From the NCBI GenBank assembly GCA_016183365.1, contig JACPES010000003.1, positions 169,467-233,466 on the forward strand: a stretch of 64,000 nucleotides of DNA, written 5' to 3'. Under the pieces are notes generated by a model. That model searched no databases. It was given only the letters and a program-made list of their open reading frames with translations, and had not been told where the DNA came from. The position numbers were made by a program, and so were the translations under genes. Source of the stretch: Candidatus Collierbacteria bacterium. Lineage in GTDB: Bacteria; Patescibacteriota; Microgenomatia; UBA1400; JACPES01. Shown here one piece after another: positions 9,157 through 17,622 of the stretch (positions are counted from its first letter, which is position 1; the number at the start of each line of letters is the position of its first letter).

Positions 9157-9420
9157 ATGTCGGTTTTAATTCATGAGCCGGTGGCAGTGGTAGCGGTATT
9201 TAAGAATGGCCGGGTGAAGCCCGTAGTGTTTCGATGGAAGGACAAGAAAATTTCCATCGAGAGCGTTTCTTTTATGTGGCAAACAACGCAGGGAAAAGAA
9301 CATTTTCTTCACTTCACTGTTATTGCTTCTCAAACATTATACGAATTGCTGTTTAATATTTCATCAATGGTATGGAATCTGGAACGGGTTGAGACAAACA
9401 TCGGAATTTCTACTATATAA
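9157..9420 (+). CDS. Hypothetical 87 aa protein.
   Basis: An ORF preceded by TTGACA-N18-TAAAAAT. I recognise no family. Its position between rplO and dinB is unexpected. Confidence 0.35.
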   Translation: MSVLIHEPVAVVAVFKNGRVKPVVFRWKDKKISIESVSFMWQTTQGKEHFLHFTVIASQTLYELLFNISSMVWNLERVETNIGISTI

Positions 9421-9450
9421 AATGTTATATAACATTTTATATAAAGTAGC
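9408..9450. repeat. Near-perfect palindrome of about 40 bp centred on AAAATGTTATATAACATTTT (copy 1).
   Basis: The sequence ctactatataaaatgttatataacattttatataaagtag is read directly. A second copy lies at 48601-48640. Confidence 0.8.
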
Positions 9451-9480
9451 GATGAACGCAGTGAACTAATCCTAACGCCT

Positions 9481-9516
9481 ATTGTCTTAACTAATAACCA
9501 ATAACCAACAACCAAT
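9481..9516. repeat. A/C-rich AACCAATAAC repeat (copy 1, intergenic).
   Basis: The sequence ctaataaccaataaccaacaaccaataactt is read directly. A related copy sits in-frame in mltG at 57950-57995. Confidence 0.7.
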
Positions 9517-9521
9517 AACTT

Positions 9522-10766
9522 ATGCAAACGACTATTATTCACGTCGATTTCAATTCGTATTTTGCCAGCGTGGAACAGCAGAAAAATCCATTTCTGCGGG
9601 GCAAGCCGGTGGGAGTGATAAAAGCAGATGGCCGGACGGTAATTATCGCCGCTTCATACGAGGCTAAACGGCGTGGAGTTAAAACCGGCAGCAGCGTTTT
9701 TCAGGCCAAGCAACTTTGCCCGGATATTTTATTGGTTCCGGCTGATTTTGACAGTTACGATTATATTACCCGTAAATTTTATGCAATTTGCCATAGATAT
9801 AGTGATTTGGTGGAGTTATTTTCTCTGGATGAAGTTTTTTTGGACGTTTCCCGGACGGCTTTGTTATTTGGCGGAGCCGGAGAAATCGCCCTGTTATTGA
9901 AAAAAGATATTCGAAAAGAACTGGGAGAATGGTTGCCGGTCAGCGTCGGCATCGCCAAAAATAAGTTGTTAGCTAAGTTGGCTTCGGACTTGGAAAAACC
10001 AAACGGATTAGTGGAAATTACCGATAAAAACCGCGACGAGTGTTTGGGCCGGGCGGAATTTGAACAAATTTGCGGCATTGGCCGCCGGTTGGAACAAAGG
10101 CTGAAAGATATGGGGGTTACTCAATTACTACAGATTAGATTCATCTCCGAGAAGTATTTGGCGGCAAGCTTTGGCCCCTATTGGTCGAAGCAATTAAGGA
10201 AAATGACTTGGGGAGAAGATAATTCTCCGATAGTTCCCTCATATCAGTTGCCTTTGCCTAAATCCGTTTCCCGGACGCATACTTTATTTAAAGATATTTT
10301 CGAGCAGGAAGAAATTTTAGCCGTCGTTAGAAATTTAGTTGAAGAGGCCGCCGAAAAACTAAGGCTGGCTAAAATGTCCGGACGGCAGTTTGGCCTAATA
10401 GTCAGAAACGGAGAAAAAAGCGAGGTAAAATTTGTCACCCGGAAATACTGTACCAGTGATTCGTTAAATATTTTCCAAGAATTAAAAAGTTTGTTTCTAT
10501 CTATAAAATGGCGTGAAGGGGTCAGATTTTTAGGCGTCTGGGTCAGTTTACTGGCGGAAGAAAATAATTTGCCCCAATCGCTTTTGCCGGAAGTTAACCG
10601 CCGACTATCGATTTTATCCGTCCAGGACCGGATTAATTTAAAATTCGGCCATTACACCCTGTTTCCGGCGAATTTACTGCAGGCTTCAATCATTCATCCG
10701 GAAGTCAATGGGTTTTTGGGAGACGAGAGAATAAAAAATAGGATAGGGTCTTTATCCATCGTTTAA
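9522..10766 (+). CDS. dinB: Y-family DNA polymerase IV (DinB/ImpB type).
   Basis: MQTTIIHVDFNSYFASVEQQKNPFLRGKPVGV ... SVGIAKNKLLAKLAS matches the UmuC/DinB palm and finger motifs. Confidence 0.85.
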   Translation: MQTTIIHVDFNSYFASVEQQKNPFLRGKPVGVIKADGRTVIIAASYEAKRRGVKTGSSVFQAKQLCPDILLVPADFDSYDYITRKFYAICHRYSDLVELFSLDEVFLDVSRTALLFGGAGEIALLLKKDIRKELGEWLPVSVGIAKNKLLAKLASDLEKPNGLVEITDKNRDECLGRAEFEQICGIGRRLEQRLKDMGVTQLLQIRFISEKYLAASFGPYWSKQLRKMTWGEDNSPIVPSYQLPLPKSVSRTHTLFKDIFEQEEILAVVRNLVEEAAEKLRLAKMSGRQFGLIVRNGEKSEVKFVTRKYCTSDSLNIFQELKSLFLSIKWREGVRFLGVWVSLLAEENNLPQSLLPEVNRRLSILSVQDRINLKFGHYTLFPANLLQASIIHPEVNGFLGDERIKNRIGSLSIV

Positions 10767-10846
10767 ACCCATCAAACTAACTCAAAAAGGCCTGGCCTCC
10801 GGATATTTATTCGGGTTTTATTTATATTTAGTGATATAATAAACCC

Positions 10847-11872
10847 GTGAAGTTTTTCAAGAAGTATTGGTATATCGTTATCTTATTGTTAATATCAGCC
10901 GGCGGGATCGGCTGGAAATTAAAGTCCAAACCGGCGGCATATCGCGAATTTACGGTTGAGAAAGGCCCGCTTCAAGTTATGTTGTCGGCGTCAGGGACGG
11001 TCAGAGCCGAAAATCAAGCAGATTTGGCATTTCAAACCGGCGGCCGTTTGAGTTGGGTCGGGGTCAAAAAAGGCGATCGGGTAAAAAAATGGCAGGGAAT
11101 TGCCAGCTTAGACCAAAGAACGGTCCAAAACAATCTGGAAAAGGAATTAAACGATTACTTAAAAACCAGATGGGATTTTCAGGGCAACCGGGAAACTTAC
11201 AATGTAACGACTGACAATTTGGACCGTTATACTTTGACTCCGGCAGTCCGGAGGCTTTTGGAAAAATCCCAATTTGATTTAAATAACTCCGTTTTAGACG
11301 TCGAACTACAATCGGTCGTCAAGGAATTTTCATTGATTGTATCCCCATTTTCAGGCTTGATTACCAATGTTTCTACTCCCAATCCCGGCGTTAATGTCTC
11401 GGCCGGATCAGCCATTGCCACCGTCATCGACCCTGATTCAATGTATTTCGAAGCTCGAATCGATGAAGTTGATATCGCTAAAATTAAAATAGACGCGCCG
11501 GTTCAATTGATTTTGGACGCTTACCCGGAAGAAATTATTGAAGCTAGGATCGTAGATATCGATTTCTCGCCGATATCTCTGTCCGGGGGCGGGACCGGCT
11601 ACGCGGTTAAAATTTCTCTTCCCCCTCAAACCAATGATCTTAAATTCAAACTTGGCCTAAACGGCAATGCCGATATCATCATGGCTAAGTTAGACGAAGC
11701 ATTGATTTTATCGCCGGTTGCAGTTATCCAAAAAGACGGCCGGTGGGTGGTAAAAGTCAAGCGTGGGAAAGAAATTGTTGAACAAGAGGTTAATATTGGA
11801 TGGGAGACGGAGAACAAAATTGAGATTAAATCAGGGTTAGCAATTGGTGATCAGGTCTATGTCAATAAATAG
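10847..11872 (+). CDS. HlyD/MacA-family periplasmic adaptor (membrane-fusion protein).
   Basis: An N-terminal TM segment, a biotinyl/lipoyl-like beta hairpin (VRAENQADLAFQTGGRLSWVGVKKGDRV) and coiled-coil segments. Confidence 0.7.
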   Translation: MKFFKKYWYIVILLLISAGGIGWKLKSKPAAYREFTVEKGPLQVMLSASGTVRAENQADLAFQTGGRLSWVGVKKGDRVKKWQGIASLDQRTVQNNLEKELNDYLKTRWDFQGNRETYNVTTDNLDRYTLTPAVRRLLEKSQFDLNNSVLDVELQSVVKEFSLIVSPFSGLITNVSTPNPGVNVSAGSAIATVIDPDSMYFEARIDEVDIAKIKIDAPVQLILDAYPEEIIEARIVDIDFSPISLSGGGTGYAVKISLPPQTNDLKFKLGLNGNADIIMAKLDEALILSPVAVIQKDGRWVVKVKRGKEIVEQEVNIGWETENKIEIKSGLAIGDQVYVNK

Positions 11873-12551
11873 ACAGCCTGTGTTGCGGTTTGTTGACGTA
11901 ACGAAAGGATATTCTCTGGGCGGGGCGGAATTTAAAGCGGTTAAACCAACCAATTTAGCGGTTTTTTCCGGAGACTATATTTCAATCAAAGGTCCCAGCG
12001 GCTCCGGTAAATCAACTTTAATACATTTAATGGGGTTGCTGGATACCCCGACAACCGGAAAAATTTATCTGGAGGGACAAGACGTTTCCGGTCTTTCGGA
12101 AACCAAACTTGCCAAGATCAGAAACCGCAAAATCGGATTTGTGTTTCAACAGTTTAATTTATTGTCCAGAACCACGGCCTGGGAAAATGTAGCCTTGCCG
12201 CTGGTCTATGCCGGAATTCCGTCAGCGTCAAGAAAAATATTGAGCCTCAAGGCTTTAGCAGCAGTAGGTTTGGCGGAAAAATACGGTAATAATCCTAACC
12301 AGTTATCCGGCGGACAGCAACAGCGGGTGGCGATTGCCCGAGCGATAGTTACAGACCCGATGATTATTTTAGCCGATGAACCCACCGGAAATCTCGATAC
12401 GTTTTCCGGCCGGGCCATTATGGATTTGTTTGATAAATTCAACCGTCAGGGAAAAATCATTATTTTAGTTACTCACGAAGAGTCAGTTGCCAAACATGCT
12501 TCGCGGAAGATTACAATCGTGGATGGAGTTGTTCGGGAAACTAATAAATAA
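11844..12551 (+). CDS. ABC transporter ATP-binding protein (MacB/LolD-like).
   Basis: Walker [10 protein letters not shown], signature [14 protein letters not shown], and Walker [12 protein letters not shown]. Confidence 0.9.
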   Translation: MVIRSMSINRQPVLRFVDVTKGYSLGGAEFKAVKPTNLAVFSGDYISIKGPSGSGKSTLIHLMGLLDTPTTGKIYLEGQDVSGLSETKLAKIRNRKIGFVFQQFNLLSRTTAWENVALPLVYAGIPSASRKILSLKALAAVGLAEKYGNNPNQLSGGQQQRVAIARAIVTDPMIILADEPTGNLDTFSGRAIMDLFDKFNRQGKIIILVTHEESVAKHASRKITIVDGVVRETNK

Positions 12552-12552
12552 A

Positions 12553-13773
12553 ATGGATTTACCAAATATATTTATTACCGCGTTTCAGTCTCTGGCCCGG
12601 AATAAAACTCGGACACTTTTGACTATTTTGGGAATTGTTATTGGCGTCGGGTCGGTGATTATGCTGATGTCCATCGGAGATGGATTGAAAAAGTATGTTT
12701 CAGGCCAGTTTGAAGCTCTCGGGTCAAACATTATTATAGTATTTCCGGTTAATTTGGTTGACGAACAAGGTAGGCCGGCTGCTTTTCGGGGAGGAGGCCC
12801 GCCGGTTGGGGGGAAAACTTTTTCTGAAAAAGACGTCCGCGACATTAAAAAACTCCATCCGGGCATTGTCAAGGTTAATCCTCAAGTCCAAAAATTAATC
12901 AGGGCCAAATCTGTCAGTAAGCAAAAACAATTGAATGTAGTTGGCGCTACCTACGAGTATAAAGAGATCAGATCAATAACCATGGCCGGCGGCCGGTTTT
13001 ACAATGAATCAGAGGTTAACCGGTCTAAAAAAGTGGCGGTTCTGGGGCCGACGGCGGCCCGGGATTTATTTCCGGACGGAAATTCTTTGGGAAAATCCAT
13101 ATATATTTCGTCTGTCGCGTTTGAAATTATCGGCATAACCGATCCCCGCGGCGGCGGCGGGGGCTTAGGCGGCAATGATTTGGATGACCAAATTTATGTT
13201 CCGATTTCCAGTCTGCAAAAACTGGTGGATTCGCCCGGAGTGGATTTTATTGTTGTTAAAGCATCCGGCGCCGACCAAATAGACGGGGTAATCGCGGCTA
13301 TCAAAACTCATCTTTTAAAAAGCCGAAAAGCCGATACTTTCAGCGTGGTTGATCAACGGCAATTGTTGGGGACGGTGCAATCGGTAATCGGGACTTTGAC
13401 TATCGGACTTTCCGGAATCGCGACAATTAGTTTGGTGGTTGGCGGGATCGGAGTTATGAATATGATGTTGGTGACAGTGACCGAACGGACGCGGGAGATT
13501 GGTTTGCGCAAAGCCCTGGGCGCTACCCCCGGAGTGATAATGCTGCAATTTTTGATTGAAGCGATTTTGCTGTCTTTAACCGGTGGTTTAACCGGAATTA
13601 TCATCGGCGCCGGCGGAAGTTTAATCGTTAACCGGTTTTTCCCGACCCAAGTTTCAGTTTTGGCAGTGCTGCTGGCGTTCGGGGTTTCGACTTTAGTCGG
13701 AGTAGTTTTTGGAATTCTGCCGGCCCGCAAAGCGGCCAAATTATCCCCTATCGCAGCGCTCCGATATGAGTAG
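12553..13773 (+). CDS. ABC transporter permease with a MacB periplasmic domain and an FtsX-like four-helix permease domain.
   Basis: N-terminal TM, large periplasmic domain, and a C-terminal FtsX-like domain with a TERTREIGLRKALGA motif. Confidence 0.8.
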   Translation: MDLPNIFITAFQSLARNKTRTLLTILGIVIGVGSVIMLMSIGDGLKKYVSGQFEALGSNIIIVFPVNLVDEQGRPAAFRGGGPPVGGKTFSEKDVRDIKKLHPGIVKVNPQVQKLIRAKSVSKQKQLNVVGATYEYKEIRSITMAGGRFYNESEVNRSKKVAVLGPTAARDLFPDGNSLGKSIYISSVAFEIIGITDPRGGGGGLGGNDLDDQIYVPISSLQKLVDSPGVDFIVVKASGADQIDGVIAAIKTHLLKSRKADTFSVVDQRQLLGTVQSVIGTLTIGLSGIATISLVVGGIGVMNMMLVTVTERTREIGLRKALGATPGVIMLQFLIEAILLSLTGGLTGIIIGAGGSLIVNRFFPTQVSVLAVLLAFGVSTLVGVVFGILPARKAAKLSPIAALRYE

Positions 13774-13810
13774 CTGGGATATGAAACGAAGGTGGTTTTA
13801 AAAACAAGTC

Positions 13811-13838
13811 TTGACAAGCCGGTTATTGTGTGTACAAT
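13811..13838 (+). promoter_or_regulatory. Strong sigma70-type promoter: TTGACA, 16 nt spacer, then TACAAT.
   Basis: The sequence ttgacaagccggttattgtgtgtacaat lies just upstream of the antitoxin ATG at 13846. Confidence 0.6.
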
Positions 13839-13845
13839 TGGACAC

Positions 13846-14151
13846 ATGAATATTCAAACTCAATTGGAGGACTACCATAATTTGACTACATGGCTTTATT
13901 CTTGGGGAAAGGAGCCACAGAAATCGCGTCGGGTTCAATTGAAAATGCCGGCGGCAATAGTGGAGATGTTGGATAAAAAGTTCCCTAAAATTAATAGGAG
14001 CAGGCTGTTGACTCAAGCTGTTGTAGAATTGTTAATCAGGAAAACCAGGGCGGACAGACCGGATTTGGAACAATGGCTGGCAGCGGAGCAAGATGACTTA
14101 GACGAAATGTGGAGTTATCTTAAATTCCGTGATAAAAAACAGAAAATATAA
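13846..14151 (+). CDS. Ribbon-helix-helix (CopG-like) antitoxin.
   Basis: VQLKMPAAIVEMLDKKFPKINRSRLLTQAVVELL shows a beta-alpha-alpha RHH pattern. It overlaps the downstream toxin gene. Confidence 0.55.
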   Translation: MNIQTQLEDYHNLTTWLYSWGKEPQKSRRVQLKMPAAIVEMLDKKFPKINRSRLLTQAVVELLIRKTRADRPDLEQWLAAEQDDLDEMWSYLKFRDKKQKI

Positions 14152-14476
14152 GATTGGGGAGATTTATTTGGTTCGTTTCCATCCTGCCGCTGGCGCGGAA
14201 TTAAAACGTTATCGGCCTGCGGCAATTATTTCCGGGAAAATAAATGGTGCCGATCCCCGATTTTCATTGATTGCTCCGTTAACTACAGGCGGAATGATTA
14301 ACAGGAACTACGAAATGATGATAAAGCGTCGAAATGATTTAGCTAAAGATTCGACGCTATTGGTTTGGTATTTAAGAACGGTTGATATCAGGAGAATTGG
14401 GGAGAGAATTGCTGAACTAAATCAGTCTGAAGTTAAAGTTATGAAACGGAAGCTTAAAAATTTGCTGGATTTCTAG
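14129..14476 (+). CDS. MazF/PemK-family mRNA interferase toxin.
   Basis: GEIYLVRFHPAAGAELKRYRPAAIIS ... LIAPLTTG matches the MazF GDIxxVDFDPxxGxExxxxRPAVVxS ... CxPxTT signature. Confidence 0.75.
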   Translation: MIKNRKYKIGEIYLVRFHPAAGAELKRYRPAAIISGKINGADPRFSLIAPLTTGGMINRNYEMMIKRRNDLAKDSTLLVWYLRTVDIRRIGERIAELNQSEVKVMKRKLKNLLDF

Positions 14477-14488
14477 AGATAAAAATTT

Positions 14489-16392
14489 TCAACCGGTGAG
14501 GAGGTGAGACAGGATTTCGGAAGGGAGACGGACGCGGCCGAATTGAGCCAGGCGTTTTTTGCCCTTTTTTTGTTTTTTTAATAATTTATCTTTCCGGGTT
14601 TGGTCTCCGCCGTAAAGCTTGGCGGTAACGTCTTTTCTCAACGCCGGTTTGGTTTCGCGGGCAATTATCTCTGCACCAATAGCGGCTTGGATGGGGACGG
14701 CGAATTGTTGGGAAGGCATCAACTCCTTTAGTTTTTCCACCATTTGTTTGCCGATTTGGGTGGTTTTGGACTTAACGATTATCCGGGACAAAGATTCGGC
14801 CGGTTCGTGGTTTAATAATATTGTCAGTTTGACTGCTTCAACCGGTTCAAGACCAATAATATCGTAGTCCATGGTGGCAAATCCCCGGGAAGCCGATTTA
14901 ACTTCATCAAACATGCCGCTGACCAATTCAGCCAGAGGAATAATGTAGGTCAGTTGGGCCCGGTTGCCGACAAAATTGGTATTGAGATATTTTCCGCGCC
15001 GGCTTTCGGCGATTTGCATGAGAGACCCTAGATATTCCTGAGGCGTAAAAATCATAGTCTTGGTCATTGGTTCTTTTACCTGGACAATCCTTGACGGATC
15101 GGGAAAATCGTTGGCGTTTTTAATAGTTAATGTCTGGCCGTCGGTGGTTTGGGCTGAATATTCGACGGTCGGCAAGGTCATAATAGTCGGCAAGCCAAAT
15201 TCTTTTTCCAGTCTTTCTCTAGTGATCTCAAGATGAAACAAGCCCAGGAAACCGCATTGCAGGCCGGGGCCTAAAACTTGAGAGAATATTTGTCGTGACG
15301 ATAGGCTGGCATCGGATAGTTTCAATTTTTCAAATCCTTCCAAAAACCTTTTAAAATCTTCCCCTTCGTCCGGATATAAATCAGCATATAAACTGGGTTT
15401 GGGCTCTCGATAGCCCGACAGTGGAACTAAAGAATTGAGAATAGGAAAGACGGTAATGGTGTCCCCGGCTTTGACCTTGCGGATATCTTTAAGGCCGGTA
15501 GCGATATAACCGACTTGGCCTGTCTCTAATCTATCTATTTGAGTTCTCTTTGGCGTAAAAATACCGATTTCTTTAGGCAGAAAATTCTGACGGAAGGCCA
15601 TTAGCGATAGTTTCTCACTGGCTGCAAGTTCCCCGTCGACAATTCTGACGAAGGCTATAACCCCCAAATGTTGGTCGTAAGTCGAATTAAAAATTAATCC
15701 CCGCAGGGGTAAATTTTGATTCCCTTTTGGGGCAGGTAATTCGGTTATTATCCGTTGGATTAAGTTTTCTACGCCCTGGCCGGTTTTAGCGGAAATCAGC
15801 GAGACCTCATTTTCTTTAAATCCAAACGCATTGTTTAGTTCAGTTAGTACTTCCGGGACATTGGCATTGGAAAGGTCGATTTTATTAATTACCGGAATTA
15901 AATACAGTTTTTGGGCCAGTGCCCGTTGAGCGTGAGCCAAAGTTTGGGCCTGAATTCCTTGAGTGGCATCTATTAATAGTATGGCGCCTTCGCAAGCCGC
16001 CAGACTCCTGTCGACTTCGTAGGCAAAATCGACGTGGCCGGGAGTGTCGATGAGATTCAGAATAAAATATGACGATAGATGGTTGAAGGTAGAAGATGGT
16101 GGTTGAGGATGGAGGATAGATGGTAGACGGTTTTCTATTTTCGATTTTCTATCTTCTACCACTATATTCAATCTTCTATCTTCTATCGTCTTGTTTTTCC
16201 ATTTCATCGTCACCGGCGCCAAACTGATAGTCACTCCGCGTTCGCGTTCGATGGGATTGGAGTCCAAAATTTGTTCCCGCATCTGCCTTTTTTCGACCGT
16301 GCCGGTAAATTCCATCAGCCTGTCTGATAATGTCGACTTTCCGTGGTCAACATGAGCAATTATTGCGAAATTTCTGATATTTATTGAAGTCA
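14489..16392 (-). CDS. lepA: Elongation factor 4 (LepA), with an in-frame insertion of about 35 aa in the G domain. The start is probably a GTG near 16392.
   Basis: NFAIIAHVDHGKSTLSDRL, DTPGHVDFAYEV, and the C-terminal LepA domain. The ORF track extends upstream to 16501. Confidence 0.85.
16081..16200. repeat. Inverted-repeat-bounded low-complexity element of about 120 bp, in-frame inside lepA.
   Basis: The termini are gacgatagatgg... and ...ttctatcttctatcgtc, with internal gatagaagat/atcttctatc repeats. It encodes IVVEDRKSKIENRLPSILHPQPPSSTFNHLSSY, which is absent from canonical LepA. Confidence 0.6.
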
Positions 16393-16416
16393 CGAAGATA
16401 TTATATGTTACGCGAG

Positions 16417-16680
16417 TTATTTTCGGTATAACTGACTGTGGGTGCCGAGGACTTCGAAATAAGCAATTCCTGACGAAATTTCTCGAAAAATTGCCCGCCA
16501 ATCACCGCTGATATTAATACTTCTGCAGCCAAAATATTTTCCGATAAGAGCATGATTATTAAGAAGAGGGTGGAATTGATTTCTCAAAAATTGTTCTAGA
16601 CGCTTGTTGAATGCCGATTTTATTTTAGAAGGCGCTTTAGCATATTGTTTACCGAAAGTCCGGCTGAACTTTGCTTTCAT
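16417..16680 (-). CDS. RelE/ParE (YafQ-like) toxin.
   Basis: MKAKFSRTFGKQYAKAPSKIKSAFNKRLEQFLRNQFHPLLNNHALIGKYFGCRSINISGDWRAIF matches the RelE family pattern. Confidence 0.65.
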   Translation of the reverse strand: MKAKFSRTFGKQYAKAPSKIKSAFNKRLEQFLRNQFHPLLNNHALIGKYFGCRSINISGDWRAIFREISSGIAYFEVLGTHSQLYRK

Positions 16681-16685
16681 AATTA

Positions 16686-16970
16686 TTATTCCGTCTGTTT
16701 TTCCAGCCAAGCAATAGCATCAGCGGCGTTACTGAAAGCCGGAGATGTTCGTCCGGTTTTTCTATCGATCTCGGATTCTTTTAAAGCCTTGATCAAATAT
16801 TCGCTAGGTTCTTCCGGGACCGCGCTGAAAAATACAGATTTAGTCCGCGCTAATTGTTTGAGGTAAGCATTAACTAAAGAGCTTAAGCTAAAGCCCAAAT
16901 CAGCCGCAATTTTTTGGACCTGAGCTTTAAGGTCGGGATCGGTCTTGATAGTCATAACAGCGGTATTCAT
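16686..16970 (-). CDS. RelB/DinJ-family antitoxin.
   Basis: MTIKTDPDLKAQVQKIAADLGFSLSSLVNAYLKQLARTKSV is DinJ-like. It lies directly upstream of the RelE toxin. Confidence 0.65.
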   Translation of the reverse strand: MNTAVMTIKTDPDLKAQVQKIAADLGFSLSSLVNAYLKQLARTKSVFFSAVPEEPSEYLIKALKESEIDRKTGRTSPAFSNAADAIAWLEKQTE

Positions 16971-16989
16971 AATATAAATAGTATATACA

Positions 16990-17025
16990 AAGATAGTATT
17001 TTGTCAATACAATAGAAATCAGCAG
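16990..17025 (-). promoter_or_regulatory. Promoter on the minus strand (TTGACA, 16 nt spacer, TATACT) for the RelB-RelE operon.
   Basis: The minus strand reads ttgacaaaatactatctttgtatatact. Confidence 0.5.
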
Positions 17026-17045
17026 CAACTTCTCTATTGGCCATC

Positions 17046-17105
17046 TTATGATTTCAATTATTTTCAAGCAAAGCTTGAACCTTCTCTGCAGGAAAATAAT
17101 TGAAG
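17046..17105. repeat. Hairpin repeat with 13 bp arms TTCAATTATTTTC / GAAAATAATTGAA around a 28 nt loop (copy 1).
   Basis: Read directly. Related copies lie at 17466-17495 (arms only) and 48665-48719 (similar loop). Confidence 0.75.
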
Positions 17106-17194
17106 TAGATATAATGTTTGACATAAATTGAGCGTGCCAGATTAATTGATGACTTACAGAATATTCTCAAGACTTAACATTTCTTATTAAGGTG

Positions 17195-17218
17195 AAATGA
17201 TTCGAATCATTTAACCCA
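17195..17218. repeat. Palindrome AAATGATTCGAATCATTT (family copy 1).
   Basis: Read directly. Related copies lie at 36256-36279 and 43578-43603. Confidence 0.75.
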
Positions 17219-17274
17219 TCTTATTCATTTTCTTTTGACGTTAATTTAACTTCAATAAAATATAAAGCCGCGAA

Positions 17275-17335
17275 ATTTCTGATATTTGTTGAAGTCACGA
17301 AGATATTATATGTTACGCGATTTATTTTCTAAACT
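17275..17335. repeat. Duplicate of about 58 bp of the lepA promoter plus its first codons.
   Basis: gcgaaatttctgatatttgttgaagtcacgaagatattatatgttacgcgatttattttc matches 16364-16420 at all but two positions. Confidence 0.8.
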
Positions 17336-17465
17336 CTGGACAATTTAATGAGTCCTAAAATATCCAGATGATCTGATTCGCGTTGCCACATAAGCATTGT
17401 TTTTGTTCCTATAAAGATTATTGTCTCACATAAAAGATTAAAAGATCTATACTATTGCGAATTAA

Positions 17466-17495
17466 TTACTTCAATTATTTAAATAATTGAAGTGG
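17466..17495. repeat. Hairpin repeat, arms-only copy: cttcaattatttaaataattgaag.
   Basis: Read directly. Confidence 0.7.
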
Positions 17496-17622
17496 ATATT
17501 TTTATACGGATCGAGTGCATCGGTTTGAGTGGTGGCTCGCAAGATATTCTTTAAAAAAAATCAGCCGGAAGAACTTCATGAAGTTATCTTAACATTGTGC
17601 CGACTTTGAGCATGGTCAGCAA

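Noticed and set aside
9419-9446. Could the AAAATGTTATATAACATTTT palindrome be a LexA box controlling dinB?
   Set aside because: TGTT-N5-AACA matches neither the CTGT-N8-ACAG nor the GAAC-N4-GTTC SOS-box spacings. It is kept only as a generic candidate operator.
14619-14867. A plus-strand 82 aa ORF.
   Set aside because: It lies antisense inside lepA.
16927-17124. A 65 aa ORF (YYLCIYYLYYEYRCYDY...) in the repeat island.
   Set aside because: Extreme low complexity, driven by the hairpin repeat DNA.
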